Part shown: positions 36,324 to 40,314 of the stretch, in pieces | Numbering within the stretch: the first letter of the stretch is position 1 | How the letters are laid out: each line of letters opens with the position of its first letter | Origin: Elusimicrobiota bacterium | Lineage (GTDB): Bacteria; Elusimicrobiota; Elusimicrobia; 2-01-FULL-59-12 | Direction: 5' to 3' | NCBI GenBank assembly: GCA_038241515.1 | Contig: JBBSDO010000001.1 | Coordinates: 1 to 40,314 of the forward strand | DNA: 40,314 bases | Program-made: the position numbers and the translations under genes | The notes under the pieces: generated by a model | What the model saw: the letters and a program-made list of their open reading frames with translations, nothing else | Told to the model about the DNA's origin: nothing | The model's database searches: none

Positions 36324-38828
36324 ATGGCTGATCCAACACTTCCCGTAGACTCCAACAGCGGTCGCATTCTACCGCGCAACATCGAAGATGAGATGAAGAC
36401 GTCTTATATCGATTACGCGATGAGCGTGATCGTGGGGCGCGCTTTGCCGGACGTCCGCGATGGGTTGAAGCCGGTGCACCGCCGCATTCTCTACGCCATG
36501 CGCGAGATGGGCCTGACCCATCGCTCCGCTTACAAAAAGAGCGCGCGCATCGTGGGAGACGTGCTCGGTAAATTTCATCCGCATGGCGATACCGCCGTTT
36601 ATGACGCCATGGTGCGGATGGTCCAGGACTTCAGTCTGCGCTATCCCCTGGTGGACGGGCAGGGGAATTTCGGGTCGATCGACGGCGATCCTCCCGCCGC
36701 CATGCGGTATACGGAAGTTCGTTTAGGCGCCATTGCAGACGAAATCTTAGGCGATATCGATAAAGACACCGTCGACTTTGGTCCCAACTACGACGGTTCG
36801 ATGACTGAACCGCTCATTTTGCCCGCCAAGTTGCCCAATTTGCTCGTGAACGGCTCTTCCGGGATCGCCGTCGGAATGGCCACGAACATTCCTCCGCACA
36901 ATCTCACCGAAGTCTGTGACGCGGTAGCGGCTTTTATCGAAAACCCGCAGATCGCCACGGCGGAATTGCTCAAGATCATGAAAGGGCCGGATTTTCCGAC
37001 CGCGGGCTTCATCATGGGCCGCCAAGGGATCAAAGACTACTTTGAAACGGGCCGCGGCTCGGTGTCGATCCGCGCCAAGGTTGAAATCGAAGAGATCCGC
37101 GGGGGACGTGAGGCGATTATCGTCAACGAGATTCCCTACCAAGTGAATAAGACCTCGCTCATTGAAAACATCGCGGGACTCGTGCGCGATAAGAAAATCG
37201 AAGACATCTCGGACATTCGAGACGAGTCCGACCGCGACGGCATTCGCATGGTGATCGAGATCAAGCGCGAAGGCAATGCGCAAATCGTACTCAATCAGCT
37301 TTACAAGCACACCGCGCTGCAAACGTCCTTTGGCATCATCATGCTCGCCCTGGTTAACGGTAGACCGAAAGTCCTGCCGATGCGCGAGATCCTCCACCAC
37401 TATGTGGAATACCGGCGCGAAATCGTTATGCGGCGCACGCGCTACGAGTTGGCCAGAGCCGAGGCTCGCGCGCACATCCTCGAAGGCTTAAAGATCGCCC
37501 TCGATCATCTCGACCGTATCATCAAGACGATCCGGGAATCCAAGGATACCGACACCGCGCGCCAACGGTTGATCGAAAACTTTAGTTTAAGCCGAATTCA
37601 GGCACAGGCCATCCTGGACATGCGCCTGCAGCAGCTAACGGGGCTAGAACGCAAAAAGATTGAAGATGAGTACGAAGAGCTCTTAAAGACGATCGCGCGC
37701 TTAAAAGACATCCTGGGCGATTCCCGCAAGGTCTTGAGCATCATTCAAACAGAACTGGCCGAGCTCAAAGAGAAATACGGGGATGAACGCCGGACGAAGA
37801 TCACGGCGGCGGCTCAAGAGATGGAAATTGAAGACCTCGTAGCCGAAGAAGATGTGGTGGTGAGCATTTCGCACGCTGGCTACGTGAAGCGCCTGCCCGT
37901 GACCTCTTACCGAGCGCAGCGGCGCGGCGGCAAGGGCGTCACCGGGATGACCACCCGCGAAGAAGATTTTGTTCAAGAGCTCTTTATCACCAATACGCTG
38001 GCCTACCTGCTTTTGTTCACGAACAAAGGACGCGTTTATTGGACGCGCGTTTATGAGATTCCAGAAGCGAGCCGCACGGCGAAAGGGAAGGCCATCGTCA
38101 ACTTTGTCCAATTGTCGGCGCAGGATGAAAAAATTACGGCCTCCATCCCGGTCGCCACGTTCGAAGAGGAAAAAGGCCAGGAAACGAATCTTCTGATGTG
38201 TACGAGTATGGGCACCATCAAGAAGACTCCTCTCGTCGAGTTCGCCCATCCCCGCAAAGGCGGCATTATTTCCATAAAGCTCGATGACGGCGATAGCTTG
38301 ATTGCGGTCAAACATACCGATGGGAAATCGCAGATTATCATCGGGACGCGTGATGGAGTCGCCATTCGTTTCAAAGAGGAAGAAGTGCGCCCGATCGGAC
38401 GAGCCGGCAAGGGTGTTCGCGGGATCCGCTTGGAAGGCAAGGACCTCGTTGTCGGCATGGAAGCGGTCGGCGCCAAGGATGTCTTCTTGACGGCAACGGA
38501 AAACGGCTTCGGTAAACGAACAAAAGTAGAAGAGTACCGTCTGCAGGCCCGCGGCGGCAAAGGCGTGATCAATATGAAGACCAACGATCGCAACGGCACC
38601 GTCGTCGGCTTGGTGAAAGCCAACGATGGGGACGAGGTGATGCTCATGACCGCCCAAGGAATGAGCATCCGCGTGCCCGCCAAAGAGGTTTCCATCATCG
38701 GCCGCAACGTGCAGGGCGTTCGTCTCTTGCGCCAAGACGCCAATGACAAATTGGCCGCGATCGCTCCCCTGCCCAAAGAAGAAGACGAACCCGAAGCCAA
38801 CCAGGAAGAACTTCCGTTAAAGAAATAG
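36324..38828 (+). CDS. gyrA: DNA gyrase subunit A
   Basis: It has [29 protein letters not shown] (QRDR context), the active-site AAMRYTE, and the GyrA-box QRRGGKG at the start of the beta-pinwheel CTD. Confidence 0.97.
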   Translation: MADPTLPVDSNSGRILPRNIEDEMKTSYIDYAMSVIVGRALPDVRDGLKPVHRRILYAMREMGLTHRSAYKKSARIVGDVLGKFHPHGDTAVYDAMVRMVQDFSLRYPLVDGQGNFGSIDGDPPAAMRYTEVRLGAIADEILGDIDKDTVDFGPNYDGSMTEPLILPAKLPNLLVNGSSGIAVGMATNIPPHNLTEVCDAVAAFIENPQIATAELLKIMKGPDFPTAGFIMGRQGIKDYFETGRGSVSIRAKVEIEEIRGGREAIIVNEIPYQVNKTSLIENIAGLVRDKKIEDISDIRDESDRDGIRMVIEIKREGNAQIVLNQLYKHTALQTSFGIIMLALVNGRPKVLPMREILHHYVEYRREIVMRRTRYELARAEARAHILEGLKIALDHLDRIIKTIRESKDTDTARQRLIENFSLSRIQAQAILDMRLQQLTGLERKKIEDEYEELLKTIARLKDILGDSRKVLSIIQTELAELKEKYGDERRTKITAAAQEMEIEDLVAEEDVVVSISHAGYVKRLPVTSYRAQRRGGKGVTGMTTREEDFVQELFITNTLAYLLLFTNKGRVYWTRVYEIPEASRTAKGKAIVNFVQLSAQDEKITASIPVATFEEEKGQETNLLMCTSMGTIKKTPLVEFAHPRKGGIISIKLDDGDSLIAVKHTDGKSQIIIGTRDGVAIRFKEEEVRPIGRAGKGVRGIRLEGKDLVVGMEAVGAKDVFLTATENGFGKRTKVEEYRLQARGGKGVINMKTNDRNGTVVGLVKANDGDEVMLMTAQGMSIRVPAKEVSIIGRNVQGVRLLRQDANDKLAAIAPLPKEEDEPEANQEELPLKK

Positions 38829-38878
38829 TCGTACCGTCCGTCCGTTTATCCTTAGGGCCCTTACCGCTCGTTTTCACT

Positions 38879-39466
38879 TTGTTGTTGGGATGTATGACTC
38901 GGGGTATGTCCGCCGGGCATTGGGGTTTTGTAATGGCGGGGGCCGTCAGCACTCCGGTGATTCTCTCTCATACAATCGAGCGCCAGCTTATCTTTGCGGG
39001 GGTCACCTACGCGCGGGATCTTCATGCCAACGGCTTCCTGGCCCTCGCTTATACCAGCGAATTGATTCCCTTTATGCTGGCCTCGGAGCCCCACGAGGAA
39101 GGACTCTATTATTTCAAGCACAGCGGTGCCTTTCGGGAGGTCAATCAAGGACCCGCGACAATCTATTCGGCGGGCGCAAGCCCGGTGGGATTCCGCCTTA
39201 CCTTCCGTCCCACGGGGGCGGTCGCGCCGTACCTTTCCACGAGCGGCGGGTTTTTACTGTCATCGAATGCGATTCCCTACCAAGTGGAAGGTGGCACTCG
39301 GTTCAATTTCACCTTTCACTTCGGCGCGGGAGTTCGACTGCGGATGGGTAAAGCGGGAGAGGCTCGGATTGGGTATCGGTGGACGCATATCTCGAATGCC
39401 TACCGGACCGCGATCAACGCGGGAATCGACGCCAATGTGTTTGAAGTCGCCTTTTCGTTCCGCTGA
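38879..39466 (+). CDS. Acyloxyacyl hydrolase / lipid A deacylase PagL-like outer-membrane protein (start codon uncertain)
   Basis: The C-terminal RIGYRWTHISNAYRTAINAGIDANVFEVAFSF carries the PagL-type H-x-S-N motif and a terminal aromatic residue. It has an amphipathic beta pattern. TTG 38879 is the first canonical start, but signal-like sequence lies upstream. Confidence 0.6.
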   Translation: MLLGCMTRGMSAGHWGFVMAGAVSTPVILSHTIERQLIFAGVTYARDLHANGFLALAYTSELIPFMLASEPHEEGLYYFKHSGAFREVNQGPATIYSAGASPVGFRLTFRPTGAVAPYLSTSGGFLLSSNAIPYQVEGGTRFNFTFHFGAGVRLRMGKAGEARIGYRWTHISNAYRTAINAGIDANVFEVAFSFR

Positions 39467-39469
39467 CCC

Positions 39470-39853
39470 ATGATGACTCTAGACGTAGAAGCCCCTGAGC
39501 TGCCCGAACTGTTTGAGGCCGTGGCTGTGCAGCTGACCAACGCGCTCATCGAAGCTGAAAGCGTGGGAGCGGCACTGCGCGAAAAGATTCTTCTCGAATC
39601 CCCCAACCCCGCCACCCTCCTTCAGGACTGGCTCAATACGCTCCTTGAGCTCTTACGCGTCCAACGCATGGTTTTCTCCGATTTTCACATCTTGGAAATT
39701 AAGGGCGCAGGGCCACTGACATTGCTCGCCGAGGTGACTGGCGAGCTGATCGATCCGCATCGGCATCAATTCCTGAAAAAGGTGGTTGGCCTGAGCTGCC
39801 GCCACGTCCAGCTCGAAAAAACCTACCACGCTGTGGTCCAGTTTGGTTATTAA
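39470..39853 (+). CDS. Archease-family protein with a short N-terminus
   Basis: LPELFEAVAVQLTNAL, ILLESPNPATLLQDWLNTLLELL, FSDFHI and GELIDPHRHQFLKKVVGLSCRHVQLE align by eye with archease blocks (LEE.FE.AA.AL, DLE.LL..WL.ELL, F..F.V, GE..D..KH....VKA.TYH...V). Confidence 0.6.
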   Translation: MMTLDVEAPELPELFEAVAVQLTNALIEAESVGAALREKILLESPNPATLLQDWLNTLLELLRVQRMVFSDFHILEIKGAGPLTLLAEVTGELIDPHRHQFLKKVVGLSCRHVQLEKTYHAVVQFGY

Positions 39854-39933
39854 GACCTAAACCAAAATATGCGTTCAAACTTATTGATTTAAAAGGGATT
39901 TGGAGAATCCTAAGTTTTTCTGCAACTTGCCTC

Positions 39934-39962
39934 TTGCAAAAAGATCAAGTTCGTGCTATGCT
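39934..39962 (+). promoter_or_regulatory. Sigma70-like promoter candidate: TTGCAA, 17 nt spacer, TATGCT
   Basis: The -35 is at 39934-39 and the -10 at 39957-62, with an exact 17-nt spacer. About 45 nt downstream lies an intrinsic terminator, and I accept no ORF between them. Confidence 0.3.
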
Positions 39963-40003
39963 ATAAATGTCACTCGAAAATTTTGAAACACCTGATTTTG
40001 AAA

Positions 40004-40028
40004 CCCGGGCTACGACCCGGGATTTTTT
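40004..40028 (+). terminator. Intrinsic terminator: CCCGGG-ctacga-CCCGGG followed by A-T6
   Basis: The 6-bp GC stem is 40004-09 paired with 40016-21, and the T-run is 40023-28. On the opposite strand the hairpin is followed by TTTCAAAAT, so it may also work for the IS30 transposase gene. Confidence 0.5.
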
Positions 40029-40136
40029 ATGCCCACTTTTTGCGAAATGCTTTAAAAATCAGCTTAAATTGCTCTGCCTACCTAGTTAATCAACCCATCC
40101 TGGTGGATTCCTGGCTAAGTACGGCGAATTCCACCA

Positions 40137-40314
40137 TTAAGCGCAACAGAGGGCATTGAAGGCCTCCCTTGAGTTTTGAAATTTAAGGCATTTTCGAGGG
40201 CGATCGTTGAGCCAATCTTCGATTGACTGATAACGTTCGGCTGAGATGGAACCGAGCGGGGAGCGCTTTGGGACGAAGCGACGAATCAGGCCGTTGGTGT
40301 TTTCGACGGTTCCC
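40137..40314 (-). CDS. IS30-family transposase, C-terminal 58 codons; the rest lies beyond the window end
   Basis: My own translation of the minus strand reads GTVENTNGLIRRFVPKRSPLGSISAERYQSIEDWLNDRPRKCLKFQNSREAFNALCCA*. E-N-x-NGL-R..PK and LN.RPRK.L.F are the conserved IS30 C-terminal blocks. It is not in the ORF track (below the length cut-off and with no start in the window). Confidence 0.7.
   Translation of the reverse strand, partial: GTVENTNGLIRRFVPKRSPLGSISAERYQSIEDWLNDRPRKCLKFQNSREAFNALCCA

Noticed and set aside
36747-38800. Several long minus-strand ORFs: 36747-37475, 37701-38735 and 38051-38800.
   Set aside because: They are antisense shadows of gyrA. They overlap each other in different frames, and I saw no recognisable domain.
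39953-40159. 68-aa + strand ORF.
   Set aside because: It crosses an intrinsic terminator and runs antisense into the IS30 transposase 3' end. It has a GTG start, no Shine-Dalgarno sequence, and a low-complexity sequence.

Overview
This window is the chromosomal replication-origin neighbourhood of a diderm bacterium, roughly mid-50s % GC by eye. Genes are tightly packed and many junctions are ATGA-type overlaps. The housekeeping backbone is confidently recognisable from motifs: partial rlmD-like methyltransferase, CoA-binding protein, exbD-tonB, SAM methyltransferase, secreted clan GH-A-like hydrolase, mfd, two parvulin/SurA-like PPIases, pdxA, rsmA(ksgA), dnaA, oriC-like intergenic region, dnaN, DUF721 (DciA-like), gyrB, gyrA, a PagL-like acyloxyacyl hydrolase and an archease. 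Accessory material is interleaved. There are three type II toxin-antitoxin pairs (Phd-like/PIN, RHH/VapC, AbrB/Doc), each with a palindromic operator candidate. There is the known four-gene ligase-associated DNA-damage-response operon (MBL exonuclease, ATP-dependent ligase, DEXH helicase, PdeM). A PorV/PorQ-like outer-membrane barrel is translationally coupled to a 1,314-aa mosaic secreted protein ending in a T9SS-type C-terminal sorting domain. A beta-helix protein gene appears to be split by an IS3-family element that carries an extra ORF. The 3' end of an IS30-family transposase lies at the window edge and is absent from the ORF track. The least conventional signals are small repeats. One is a CAAAAGGCAAAA-based long palindrome family with 2 copies, one of which supplies the start codon and signal peptide of the hydrolase. 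The others are GC-rich palindromic insertions lying in frame inside mfd, the ligase, the helicase and the SurA-like gene. I found no rRNA, tRNA or CRISPR array. All functional calls come from motif recognition by eye; no database search was run.
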